Origin: Nannocystis bainbridge
Lineage (GTDB): Bacteria; Myxococcota_A; Polyangia; Nannocystales; Nannocystaceae
Direction: 5' to 3'
DNA: 64,000 bases
NCBI RefSeq assembly: GCF_028368995.1
Contig: NZ_JAQNDL010000001.1
Location: 1,056,001-1,120,000, forward strand
Part shown: one piece after another, positions 52,228 to 62,700 of the stretch
Position numbering within the stretch: the first letter of the stretch is position 1
How the letters are laid out: each line of letters starts with the position of its first letter
Notes under the pieces: model-generated
What the model saw: the letters and a program-made list of their open reading frames with translations, nothing else
The model's database searches: none
Told to the model about the DNA's origin: nothing
Translations under genes and position numbers: made by a program

Positions 52228-53979
52228 ATGACAATCTGCTCGTGCATCGTCGCGGACGTGTTGGGGGATCACGAAGTGCCTGCTCTGCAGGCGAGCCCTC
52301 CTTGCGGGCAAGGGTGCGAAGAAGAACCCGACGAGGAAGAGGTCGACGATCTCCTCGACGAGGACTCGCAGGCGCCGGGGCTGGTGGCCGAGGCGGGCGC
52401 CGCGCTCGTGGTCGGTGATCGCATCGAGCTCTACGAGCCGATCGGGGACGGAGCGACCGGGCAGGTCTTTCGCGGCTACCACCGCAAGCTCCGGCTTCCT
52501 GTCGCCGTGAAGGCGCTCTACGACGACCTGCAGCTCCGCGACGATAGCCGCGAGCGCTTCCGACGCGAGGCTCAAGCGCTCGGGCATCTTCAGCATCCCG
52601 GCATCGTCCGGATCTACGACCTCGTCGAGCTCGAGGACGGGCGAATGTTTCTGTGCATGGAGCTGCTCCGCGGGCAGACCTTGAACGCGCTGCGGAAGGC
52701 CGGCCATCGGTTCCGACCGGAGCAGGCCGTCGACATCGGACTCCACCTCTGCGACGCGCTCCAATGCGCCCACAGCGAGGGCATCCTCCACCGCGATCTC
52801 TCCGCGTCGAACGTCATGCTCCTGCCGGAGTCGTTCGACGAGGCCGACCTCCGGAACGCCCCCCGCGGCGGGCGGATCAAGGTCTTCGACTGGGGGCTCT
52901 GCAAGTACCTCGACCGGTTCTGGTCGAGAGGCGAGCACCGCCACGACGCGCCGCCGGGCTCGCGGATGGCGACCCCGATGGGGGCGCGGTTCGGCACGCC
53001 CGAGTACATGGCGCCGGAGCTGCTCGCCAAGGATGGCCCCCACACGCCCACGCCCTCGACCGACGTATATGCCGCGGGCGTCGTCTTGTTCGGGCTGCTC
53101 ACGGCGGGCATGCCGTTTCGCCCGGGGAACCGCAGGCGTCCGCGCGCCATCGCGGAGTTCGTACCGGGCTTCGCGTGCCCCGAGCTCGAGGCGGTGATCC
53201 AGCGAGCGATCGACCACAACCCGGTCACGCGCACCCAGACGATGAGGGCCCTCCGCGACGGCCTCGAGCTCGCTCGAGCGGCGCTGGCCAGCGCATCGAG
53301 TTCGATGAACGCGCCGCCCATGGTGCCCTTCCGGGTGTCGCTCGAGCAGGCGCGTATCGATGCCTCGACCGCGAGCGTTGGGTCTGAGCTCGCGCTTTCG
53401 AAAGGGCCGGCGCTGCCCGCCGATCCTGCGTCCTCGGCCCCGCTCGTCGAAGTGCGGACGGGCGTGATCCATCGTGCGATACGTCGGCGTCTGCTCGACG
53501 CAATCGGCGGCGCCATGCTCGGGGTCGTGGGGACGCTCGCTGCGCTTCGAGGGGCCCCTCCGAGCGCGGCTCTGGCCCCGGCCGCAGCTCCCGGTGTTGC
53601 TGACGAACCCGTCGTCCTCGCCGGGCGCCTCGAGCGTCCGCTTGCCCAGCCGCGCGAGGAGGTCGAGGCGCCAGTGAGCACGCCCGCTGCTGTACACGCG
53701 CCACCGCCTCCAGAGGAGGCGAGACCGACAGCAGAGCGGTCCTTGCCGACCATGCGCGAGGCGCTGGATCGGGCTGCCGAGCCCCTGCGTCGCTGCGCCA
53801 AGATCGCGGGCTGCCCGCTGTTCGTCGAATTCACGGCGGCGGCGCAGCTCGATCACTTCGCCTCGGTGTCGGCGGACGTCGACGCATCCGACGTCCTTGG
53901 TTGCGTAGACGACTCGACCCGCGAGATCCGGTTCCAACCGACCGCGCCGGTCTTCTTTACGGAGGTCTACAGCCCATGA
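52228..53979 (+). CDS. Ser/Thr protein kinase with a TM helix and two-Cys C-terminal domain
   Basis: IGDGATGQV, VAVK, HRDLSASN, DWG and GTPEYMAPE; C-terminal LRRC...GCV..EIRF resembles AgmX/TonB-C-like domains. Confidence 0.9.
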   Translation: MTICSCIVADVLGDHEVPALQASPPCGQGCEEEPDEEEVDDLLDEDSQAPGLVAEAGAALVVGDRIELYEPIGDGATGQVFRGYHRKLRLPVAVKALYDDLQLRDDSRERFRREAQALGHLQHPGIVRIYDLVELEDGRMFLCMELLRGQTLNALRKAGHRFRPEQAVDIGLHLCDALQCAHSEGILHRDLSASNVMLLPESFDEADLRNAPRGGRIKVFDWGLCKYLDRFWSRGEHRHDAPPGSRMATPMGARFGTPEYMAPELLAKDGPHTPTPSTDVYAAGVVLFGLLTAGMPFRPGNRRRPRAIAEFVPGFACPELEAVIQRAIDHNPVTRTQTMRALRDGLELARAALASASSSMNAPPMVPFRVSLEQARIDASTASVGSELALSKGPALPADPASSAPLVEVRTGVIHRAIRRRLLDAIGGAMLGVVGTLAALRGAPPSAALAPAAAPGVADEPVVLAGRLERPLAQPREEVEAPVSTPAAVHAPPPPEEARPTAERSLPTMREALDRAAEPLRRCAKIAGCPLFVEFTAAAQLDHFASVSADVDASDVLGCVDDSTREIRFQPTAPVFFTEVYSP

Positions 53980-55043
53980 TGTTCACCGCGTGGATCCTGT
54001 CCACGGTCCTGTTGGCGTCGCTGACCTCGGAGGCGAAGTGCGAGCCCACGGACCTCGCGTGCAAGGCCGCGGACTTCGTCCGACAAGCGAAGGACGCCAA
54101 GACTCCCGAGCTCCGCGCGCAGTACCTGCACGCCGCCCACCGCTCCTACCTCGCGCTGTTCGATCAGACCGGCGACGTGAAGCACCTGTGCGCCGCCCGG
54201 AGGATGTTCGATCGTAGCGTGGCGACCGCGGGCAAGTCCGCGGGCTCCAAGGCGCGGCGCGAGGAGCTCGAGGCGCGTGAGCGACGTGCCAACGTCGAGT
54301 GCCGCGACAAGCCGGCGCGCACGCCCAAGCCCAAGTCGCCACTGGTAGCGCGCGTCCAGGACTCTCCCCGCTCCGGGGATCGTACAGAGCTCCCATCGGC
54401 GACCGGCTCGGCCGCCTCGACGACTGATTCGGCAAACTCGGCGACCGACCCGACCGCTGCGGCGACCGCCCCGGCTGCTCCGCCTCTGACGCCGGCGAAG
54501 GAAGTCATCGCGGACCTCGCCGAAGTCTCTCGCTCGCCGGTTCACGCCGCACCGCCGGCCGACCTCGCTCCCGTCCGCGGAGCGGGCGCGCTCCCGTCGA
54601 CCTCGGCTGCGAGGCCACCGACCGTCGCGCCAACCGTCGACGGGCCCGCACGTGCGCCGTCACCGGCACCCGCGAGCACGTCAGCGCCGCGGCCCGGTAG
54701 CGACCTCCTGATCGCCGGCGGCGTGACGCTCGGAGCCGGGCTCGCGCTCACCGCGGCCGCGAGCTACTTCGGTCACGGCCTCGTCGAGGTCAAGCGCGAC
54801 GCGGTGGCCCTGCACGCCGAGGCCATGGGCGCTCCGACCGATGCACAACGCGAAGAAGAGCAAGCGCTGGGTCGAGAGTATCGCCGCAACGGCCCCCCGG
54901 CGCTGGCGCTCGCGCTCACCGGCGGCGCCTCCCTCGTCACCGCGGCGATCCTGCTCGGCATTGGCGGCAAGCGGGCTCGCGCCGCCTCGAACACCGCCCT
55001 CGTGCCCCATCCCGGCGGCATCGCCGTGCGCATGAACTTCTAG
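53976..55043 (+). CDS. Secreted or membrane hypothetical protein (helical N-domain, Pro/Ala linker, two Gly-rich helices)
   Basis: ATGA overlap with the kinase stop; signal peptide; ends GGIAVRMNF. Confidence 0.8.
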   Translation: MMFTAWILSTVLLASLTSEAKCEPTDLACKAADFVRQAKDAKTPELRAQYLHAAHRSYLALFDQTGDVKHLCAARRMFDRSVATAGKSAGSKARREELEARERRANVECRDKPARTPKPKSPLVARVQDSPRSGDRTELPSATGSAASTTDSANSATDPTAAATAPAAPPLTPAKEVIADLAEVSRSPVHAAPPADLAPVRGAGALPSTSAARPPTVAPTVDGPARAPSPAPASTSAPRPGSDLLIAGGVTLGAGLALTAAASYFGHGLVEVKRDAVALHAEAMGAPTDAQREEEQALGREYRRNGPPALALALTGGASLVTAAILLGIGGKRARAASNTALVPHPGGIAVRMNF

Positions 55044-55052
55044 GAGGTCCCC

Positions 55053-56735
55053 ATGTCCCCCCGCTACGAATTCTTGCTCGTGGTCGTCACGCTGGCCGCC
55101 TGCCCTCCGCCCTGGGAGTTCTTCCCCGCGTGCGACGACGGGACGGGCTGCGCGTCGACCTCCACCAGCTCGACGTCCGGCTACGCCACCACCACCGGCG
55201 GCTTGCCGACCGGCGAGATCCAGACGGCGGCGAGCGGCAGCTCCGAGCCGGGGTCGTCGACGGGGATCGACACGCCCTCGCTCGACCTCCCGCCGGAGGG
55301 CCCGACCCTGGAGGCCGAGCCGGACGCGCTCGAAAAAGCCGGCACGACGGACCTCAAGCTCCACAAGATCCCGCCGGACATCGAGTCGGTCGAGCTCAAG
55401 CTCAACGGCAAGCTCCTCGCCGAGCTGACGCCGGACGACTTCCCATACACGTGGGAGGCCTTCTCGGAGAAGGACAACGGGGAGCACACCTTCGAGGCGC
55501 GCCTCAAGAACAAGAAGGGTCAGAGTCAGACGATCGAGGCGAAGGTCTTGGTCAAGCTCCCGCCGCCGGGGAGCGTGCGGTGCTCGTTCCCCGTCGACCT
55601 GGCGAGCGAGCCGCCGGGGACCTTCTCCGCCATCCTGTACACCGAGGACGCTATCGTCGTCGGCGGCTGGCGCGACATCGGCAGCGGCGCGCGCATGGTC
55701 GTGCACAAGCTCGACCCGGACTTCTGCACGCCACAGCCGGGTTGGCCGCGGATGATCGGGGACTGGACCGAGTACCCAGCCCTCGCCTCTAAATTCTCGG
55801 TCGTGGCGGCCCTGGCCCTCGACGAGCACGGCAACATCGTGGTCGGCGGCAACCTGCTCGAGGGCTCGCTGCCGCAACGCTACACGGTGATGCTGACGCC
55901 GGAGGGCGACGCCATCGCCGACACCGAGGTCGTCGGGCTGGTCGGCGAGGCCGTCTCGGGCGTGGCGATCACGCCCCAGCCCGCCCCGATCGTCGTCGCG
56001 GTGGGGTGGTGGACCGTGAGCGAGAACCCGGTGTCGACCGACTGGCGGTGGTGGCGCATCCACTCGGCCGAGGACGTGAACACAATGGGCGCCCCGGCCC
56101 CCTGGACCGAGGACGAGCAGCCGGATTTCTTCAACACATTTAGCGAGCGGGCGCGCGCGGCCGCCCTTCATCCAGACACGGGCATCCTCTATATCGTCGG
56201 CGATCGGGACTACAAGGACGACTTCAACAATGTCTGGATTCGGAGCTGGACCGCTCGCGTCGATCCATTGACAGGGGCGATGCTGAGTTCACCATGGACC
56301 TCGGCTGGCGATGGACTCTACCTGCAAGACGCGACGACGTCGCTCGCCTTCTGCGGCGAGCGACTGATCGGGTCTGGGTGGACGCAACGCACCCCAATCA
56401 ACACGAGCAAGCGGCAGCAGTCGACCCGCTGGATCGAGGTCGACGGGACCTCAACCCACTGGATCGCCGAGTCTACGCCGAGCGAAGGCTTCGGCGCCGC
56501 GTGTGACCGCGAAGGGAAAGCGGTTGTGGCGGGGAAGCGCCCGTCGATCGACCTTGACGCACAGGTCTTTGCGTTCATGGATGCGGAAGGCCCTCGCATC
56601 CCCTACACGTTCCACGTTGAGGGTGATGACGCCGCCCTTGGAATGGCCTGCGACGTGCGAGGATTCTGCGCATGGCCAGGCTACCGCACAATCGACGGGC
56701 ATTCGGTGGCCGTAGTGCAGGTGCACCACCCGTGA
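55053..56735 (+). CDS. Lipoprotein with an Ig-like domain and beta-propeller-like repeats
   Basis: AGGAGG RBS; LAAC lipobox; Ser/Thr linker; VELKLNG..YTW..NGEHTFEA; ALALDEHGNIVVGG-type blades. Confidence 0.8.
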   Translation: MSPRYEFLLVVVTLAACPPPWEFFPACDDGTGCASTSTSSTSGYATTTGGLPTGEIQTAASGSSEPGSSTGIDTPSLDLPPEGPTLEAEPDALEKAGTTDLKLHKIPPDIESVELKLNGKLLAELTPDDFPYTWEAFSEKDNGEHTFEARLKNKKGQSQTIEAKVLVKLPPPGSVRCSFPVDLASEPPGTFSAILYTEDAIVVGGWRDIGSGARMVVHKLDPDFCTPQPGWPRMIGDWTEYPALASKFSVVAALALDEHGNIVVGGNLLEGSLPQRYTVMLTPEGDAIADTEVVGLVGEAVSGVAITPQPAPIVVAVGWWTVSENPVSTDWRWWRIHSAEDVNTMGAPAPWTEDEQPDFFNTFSERARAAALHPDTGILYIVGDRDYKDDFNNVWIRSWTARVDPLTGAMLSSPWTSAGDGLYLQDATTSLAFCGERLIGSGWTQRTPINTSKRQQSTRWIEVDGTSTHWIAESTPSEGFGAACDREGKAVVAGKRPSIDLDAQVFAFMDAEGPRIPYTFHVEGDDAALGMACDVRGFCAWPGYRTIDGHSVAVVQVHHP

Positions 56736-56746
56736 CCGACGCCTTC

Positions 56747-57853
56747 TTACTGAGGGATATGGAGATTCTCGCAGAGCATCACGATCTCGTCGACGAAGCT
56801 CTCGAACGGCTCCGCGTAGCTCGGCTCGCAGATCGAGACGAAATGTCCGTGAGCGACGTTGTCCGCGAGTTCCCGAAGAGGATTCACGTCTTCAACAGGA
56901 TTGAAGGGGTTGCATAGATTGCCAAAGCCCGCGTCGATGTCCGTGGAGAATGCGAGCACAGCAAACGCGTCCTCATTATCGTGCTTGGCGTCTCGAAGAG
57001 ACTGGGCCCAGCTCTCCACCGTGCCCGGAGAGAAGGCGTCATAGCCATCATCGAACAGGGTCACGACGAGTAGTGCATCCTCGCGGAGAAATCCCGCGTT
57101 ACAACCTTCCGGCGCGTTGAGCTCGAAGCTGATAGCGTGGACCATTCCTGCGGCAGTCTCAGGGACCGCTCCATTAATGCCAACCTGAGTCAGGCAGGCG
57201 AACGACTGCTCGAACATAGGATCCTCACCCAAAATATATCGATGCCCTCCGTAGAAGTCGCATCGCCGGTTTGCCGAACCTGCACCGGCGGGAAAGGTTA
57301 CACCCGCACCGAGCGTCGTATCACAAGCATCGAGCTCTGCCTTGCACAACGGGGGCTTTGCATTGTACGTACAGTCCTCCGCGTCCGCGCAGTTACTGCA
57401 GGAGTCCATATTGAAAGCTCCGGTAGGGCTCGCCGACAACACCCGAACATCGAACTCGCCTAGTTGATCCTGGATCTTCTTCATGAAGATGGGGAAGGCG
57501 TCGGAGAGCTGCTTCTGAACCTCCTCCATTCCGCCCCACGCGCTAATTACGAAAAGAAAGTCGATCTTGCCCTTGCACCCGATCGGAGGCATGGGGGGAG
57601 CGTCGGGCACGGCCATGTCGAGTTTGGGCCCGTCCTGCCCGGTGCTTGTCGAGCCCGACCAGCCGGACGAGCTGGTTGACGACGTCGAGCTCGAGTCCGA
57701 CTCCGCCATAGCGTCCGTCGAGCTGCTCGAGCCGACCGGGACCGTCGTCACTCCGGGATGGCTCGGGCCCGAAAACCCGGTCGCGGCATCCCCGCCGTTG
57801 CAGGCGACGGTCAGACCGAGGAGGACGGCGAAGCTGAAGAACCCGGGCCGCAC
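56747..57853 (-). CDS. Cys-rich lipoprotein with a vWA-like core
   Basis: TVAC lipobox; Ser linker; CKGKIDFLFVIS and CNAGFLREDALLVV; lower GC. GTG start inferred. Confidence 0.75.
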   Translation of the reverse strand: MRPGFFSFAVLLGLTVACNGGDAATGFSGPSHPGVTTVPVGSSSSTDAMAESDSSSTSSTSSSGWSGSTSTGQDGPKLDMAVPDAPPMPPIGCKGKIDFLFVISAWGGMEEVQKQLSDAFPIFMKKIQDQLGEFDVRVLSASPTGAFNMDSCSNCADAEDCTYNAKPPLCKAELDACDTTLGAGVTFPAGAGSANRRCDFYGGHRYILGEDPMFEQSFACLTQVGINGAVPETAAGMVHAISFELNAPEGCNAGFLREDALLVVTLFDDGYDAFSPGTVESWAQSLRDAKHDNEDAFAVLAFSTDIDAGFGNLCNPFNPVEDVNPLRELADNVAHGHFVSICEPSYAEPFESFVDEIVMLCENLHIPQ

Positions 57854-58039
57854 ACGCTGACTGTAGCGGAAGTGCGCCTCCCTGTCACGCGTCGGCCGGC
57901 GCCTGGCGACAAGTCTTCGACCGAGACGCCCCGCCTTCACGGTGTTCCTGGACCCCTACATACCGGACCCTGAGCAACAGGCGGGGGCTCGCAGTTGAAC
58001 GTAACGCGCGATCCCGGCTGGCGGACGAACGACAGCACG

Positions 58040-58215
58040 TGTATGCCGCATACACGGTGGGCTGTCTTTCTGGACAGGATGGGCTTGGAGAGCATCAGGC
58101 CGAGATGTCGCGCAACAGATTTTAACGATACCAACGGCCCGGTATCCTCGAATTGCCCTTCGGTCCGTCGAGCGAGATTCCTCGCTCGAGAACTATCGAA
58201 TGTACGCCGCATACA
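58040..58215. promoter_or_regulatory. Divergent promoter region with two TGTAYGCCGCATACA operators and one TGTC-N6-GACA unit
   Basis: 58040-58054 exact; 58201-58215 one mismatch; TGTCTTTCTGGACA at 58063-58076. Confidence 0.7.
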
Positions 58216-58296
58216 ACGATTTTGAGCCGTCAACCAGTTGAGGTTTTCGTCATCTCACATGTTCCTGAGCCGAGCACCATGCACGATACTCGCGGC

Positions 58297-59046
58297 ATGG
58301 CGAAAAACGAGAATAGAACCCCGCGCGAGCAGGCCAGCATTCTTTATACGCATGCACCCAGAACAGACGGGTTCCGAGCGCCCGAGTATGGCGACGCAGA
58401 GCGGATTCAGGCCATCGAGACGCACGTGGCGCAGCGGGTCGCCCCCGCCGTGACCGTGTTCCACGAGATCATCTCGGCCACCATCCACCTCGACGTGCAC
58501 GCGGTTCCACCGGGGACGGGTCACCCCTACTGGTTCCTCTTCACCACCGGTATGAGCGCCCTGCCGATGCACATGCCCGAGGGCGTCGAGGCGTGCCCGT
58601 TCGCGGAAGTGTCCGTGCTGTTGCCACCGACGTGGAAGGTGGACCAGGAGTTCTGGAGCGACGAGCGTTGGTACTGGCCTACACGCTGCATCAAGACCCT
58701 CGCTCGCCTGCCGCACGACTACAACACGTGGTTGGGGTGGGGCCACACCGTGCCCAACGGCCAACCCCCGCAGCCTTTCGACCCCAGCACGCGGCTCGCG
58801 GCCATGCTGCTGCTCCCGTCGCTTACCCTTGGCGTGGACGCGCTGAAGGTCCGCGCGAAGGGGGTCGTCGTCGCGGAGTTGTGGACGCTCTACCCGCTCC
58901 ACGCGGACGAGCTGGAGTTCAAATTGCAGCACGGCACCGATGCGCTCGTGGATCTCTTCGAGGCCCGCAACGTCGGCGACGTCATCGACCCCGAGCGGCC
59001 CAGTGTCATCCCGGTACACCGGCGTAAGCTGTTAGGGCTCTTCTGA
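58297..59046 (+). CDS. Suppressor-of-fused (SUFU) domain protein, immunity-type
   Basis: VFHEIIS..IHLDVH, LFTTGMSALPM, LARLPH..TWLGWGHTVPNG and YPLHADELEFKLQHG. Confidence 0.9.
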   Translation: MAKNENRTPREQASILYTHAPRTDGFRAPEYGDAERIQAIETHVAQRVAPAVTVFHEIISATIHLDVHAVPPGTGHPYWFLFTTGMSALPMHMPEGVEACPFAEVSVLLPPTWKVDQEFWSDERWYWPTRCIKTLARLPHDYNTWLGWGHTVPNGQPPQPFDPSTRLAAMLLLPSLTLGVDALKVRAKGVVVAELWTLYPLHADELEFKLQHGTDALVDLFEARNVGDVIDPERPSVIPVHRRKLLGLF

Positions 59047-59066
59047 CGCGCCGACCAATGCTCGCC

Positions 59067-59717
59067 CTATTCTGGTTCGTCTCGAAAGACGAAACGGATC
59101 GGGGTACCGTCTGGCAGGGCTTGAATTTGGCGCGCGAGTTCTCCCCGAAAGCGCATGCCCTCCACGGCGTCGCACGCGTAGAGATTTTCCAGCTCGAATC
59201 TCCCTCCCGTCACGAACGGCAGTTTCGGAAGCAGCCGTTGCGTGAGCTCGATGGGCCCGAAGCTCGTCCGCCATTCGTGCGCGAGCCGCTGTCCAGTCAG
59301 GTAGCTCGTGTCCTCGAGGACGCGCTCGGCCCAGCCGTCGAGGCTCTCTGCCATCAGCTCGAGCACGGCCGTCTCGGGGTCGAGCAGGAAGATCCTGTCC
59401 TCGCGGATGCAGAACTGGCCGCCGAAGATGTCGTCCGCGAAGAAGACTAGGTCGTCGACGAGCGGGCCGTACGCGTCGCGCCACAAGGTCGAGCCATTCC
59501 AGCCGGTCAGGCTCAGCGGGTGTACCTGTGCGACGGCCGAGAACACCCGAAGCGCTCGGTCGAAGGCCAGGAAGCCGTTGCGCATGCGGAGCAAGCGATC
59601 CAACTCGAGAAGTCTCGCGCCAGCGTGTTCCCGAACCCAAGGGTCGAACGCGACTGGTATTTCGGCCAACGGGGGACCGGCGAGAGATACGAGCTGCGTG
59701 AGCCGATCGAGCGTCAT
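59067..59717 (-). CDS. SMI1/KNR4 (SUKH) immunity protein with DUF1851-like C-terminus
   Basis: RNGFLAF, WN..LWR..Y, FFADDIFGGQF, LDPET, SLDGWA and KLPFVTGG; starts 5 bp after the RHS stop. Confidence 0.85.
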   Translation of the reverse strand: MTLDRLTQLVSLAGPPLAEIPVAFDPWVREHAGARLLELDRLLRMRNGFLAFDRALRVFSAVAQVHPLSLTGWNGSTLWRDAYGPLVDDLVFFADDIFGGQFCIREDRIFLLDPETAVLELMAESLDGWAERVLEDTSYLTGQRLAHEWRTSFGPIELTQRLLPKLPFVTGGRFELENLYACDAVEGMRFRGELARQIQALPDGTPIRFVFRDEPE

Positions 59718-59722
59718 CAGTC

Positions 59723-62700
59723 TTACTCCGTGACCTTGATTTTGATCTTGGTCCCGTTCGGCAGGCCACGGCAAGCCGCGCCGATGCAAGCTCCCGCACC
59801 TCGGTTGTCGCCGGGAGCGACTGGGCGAACACTTGCGCCAGTGCCGCCCTCACGAGTGAAAGCCGGGGGGTACTCGTCCCGATCCATCCCCTTCACAGGG
59901 GCGTGCCCGCGGAGAGCCTCAGAGCGATTGGGGCGGGCCCCGGAACGATCGATCGTCAACTCCATGGGGTGACCTGCCCGTTGCGCGTCACTTGTATGTG
60001 CAGCCGAGCCCGGGAAGCGCGACCTGCTGAGAGGGATCTCGACCGGCTTGGTGTACTTCTCGATGGCCTTCGCGGCCTCGCCGTAGTCACGGCGTTCGAC
60101 GCGCTTGACGGCGTCGGCCACGTTGTCGGCGCCGCGGACGTAGCGGTACGCGTCCTTCGCGTCGCCGGCGCTGACGGGCAGCGCTTCGGAGGCGAGCGAC
60201 ACCAGGGCGACCCCGCGATCGACCCAGGAGGACGCCGGGTTCACGACGGTCCACGCGTCGTCGACGATGCCCATGAAGGCGTCGAGGCCGTTGCCCCCCT
60301 TGGCGATCGAGCGGCCGGCCTTGGCGAGCTTCGACCAGAAGCTGTGGCCGTCCGGGTCGACGTTGGCGACCGGGTTGTTCGCCGCGTAGCGGTAGAGGTT
60401 GCGCTCGCCGGCGTTGTCGAGGTCGGCGCCGGGCTCGTACAGGAACCGCGGGTCCGGCGTGGCCCAGCGACCGAGCGCCGGGAGGTAGTGCCGCGCGCCG
60501 ATCGTGACCGCGCCGGCGAGCGCGAGGTCTTCCTTGTCGGTGAAGCGGTAGATCGGGCCGGCGGCCTGCCCCTCGCGCCACGCGGTGTGCGGCGCGCCGT
60601 AGGCGGTGTTCGCGTCGCGGGCGACGACCTCGCCGCGGTGGTCCAGGATCAGCGCAGCGCTCCCGAGGCGGTCGGCCACGTGCCACCGCGTCTGCGTGTC
60701 CGGAAGGAGCGACGCGGCGCCGGGCTCGTGCCGGCAGCTCTGCGCGCCGAGGACGAGCGCGAGCACGGCGGCGAGACGCCCGAGCTGGGGCCGCGACCGG
60801 GCGAGGCCGACGACGAACAGAACGAGCGCGACGAGCAGCGCCGCGGCCGCGGGCCGGTATCCGCCGCGGGGGAGCTTCGCCGGGGCCTCGGCGATGCGCT
60901 CGCCGCCCCAGGTGATCCATCGGACGAGGCGGCCATCGCGGACCTCGATCGCGGGGGTCAAGTAGAGGGTCTCGTGGGCCAGCGCGCCGGCGGCGGTGTA
61001 CTCGCGTCGGATCGCCTCTCGACCCGCGTGGTCGTAGACGTGCTCGGTGCGCTGCCCGTCCTCGGCGACGAACGACGCGAGGTGGTCAAGGGGGTCCCAG
61101 CGCCAGGTGCCGGGAGGAAGCGGGCCGTCCCCCGCGACTCGCGTCAGTCGCCCGGCGTCGTCGTACGCGAGGTGCTGTCCGTGCGCGTCGGCGACGGCAT
61201 GCGGATGCGAGCGGTCGTAGGTGAACGCCGCACCGGCGAAGCTCGAGAGGTTGCCGTCGTCGGTGTATGCGAACGCCTGGACCTTGCCGGCCTCCTCGGC
61301 GCGCACCAGGCGGTGCTGGTCGTCGTACTGGTATCGCGCGTCGAGCGAGGGGCTGTGCGGTGTCGGGCCGACGAGGTCACGCGTCTCGCCGAGGAGGCCC
61401 GCGGCGTCGTACGCGTGGGTGAGCGCGCGCAGCGTGGCGACGTCGGTGATGACGCGCTCGCCGAGCTGGCGACCGGCGTGGTCGAGCTCGCGGGTGCGGG
61501 TCACGCCGTTGGCCAGGTCAATCCGGGTCCACCGCCCCGCGGCGTCGAGCACGGCGCCATCGATCCACCCGGCGAGCGGCGCCTCGAGGCCGCGCGCCGT
61601 GTACTGCCGCTCGAAGCCGCTGCCGTCCGGGTACTCCTCGCGCAGCGGTCGGTTCTGGGCGTCGTGGTCGGTGCGCACGGTCAGCGTCACCGGACCCGCA
61701 TGCGCCGCGAAGCGGCGGGTCTGGAGGTTGACGTTGCCGCGGGCGTCATGGCCGATCTCGAGGTGCCCGGCGTCGTCGTCGACGCGGCTCAGATAGCCAC
61801 GCTCCCAGGGACCGGGACCGTCGTAGGTGCGGGTCGACTCGCGCGCCGCCTTGCCCTCGGGGGTGAGCGCGAGCTCGTGTACGAGCCGGCCGGCGCGATC
61901 GTGGGACCATCGCACGCGGGCGCCGGTGGCGGTGACACGTTCGATCAGGCGGCCAGCATCGTCGTAGCGCTGGACGATGTGACCGGCGTCGGGGCTGTCG
62001 ATCGCCGTGAGGCGGCCGGCGCCGTCGTAGGTGTACCGGCTCTCGTGACCGGCGGGATCGGTGTGCGAGACGACGCCCCCTGCGGCGTCGAAGCCATAGC
62101 GGTCGCGGATGATCCGGTCGACCCGATGGGACTCGAGCAGCGTGGTGCGCCCGAGCCCGTCTTGCAGCCTGCGCTCGGGGGTGTCGGCGTACGGCGGTTC
62201 GGGGTGCAGATCTTCGTGCTCTCGAAGCTCGCTCCGCAGCGGGCCGTAGGCGGTGGCCGTGTCACGGCCGTCCGCGTCGCGGGTGTGCGTGACGCGGCCG
62301 AGCGCGTCGTAGGCGTGACGCGCTCGAGGCCAGTCGGTCGCCGGCGTCGGCGGTTGGCCCGGAGTGAGGCTGGAAGCCGGGACCGCGTGCGGCGTGAACT
62401 GCTCGGCGACCTCGCCCTCGGCGGTGTAGACGATCGCCTCCGCGACGATCGCGGCGACCCCAGCGTCGTCCGCTGTCACCCGCGCGAGCGAGCGGCCCAG
62501 GCCGTCGAGGTGCTGAATGCTCGTCTCGATCTCGGGCGCGCCGCGGTGCTTGCGCAGCTCGGTGACGACCGCGGGCGCGCCGGCGTCGCCGGCGAGGAAG
62601 TAGTGATAGCGGCGGGTCGGCAGCTCCGCGGAGTCTCCGTGCTCGACATCCGCGACCAGGCGACCGAGGCGGTCGTACTCGAACGAGCGCGCGGCGCCGT

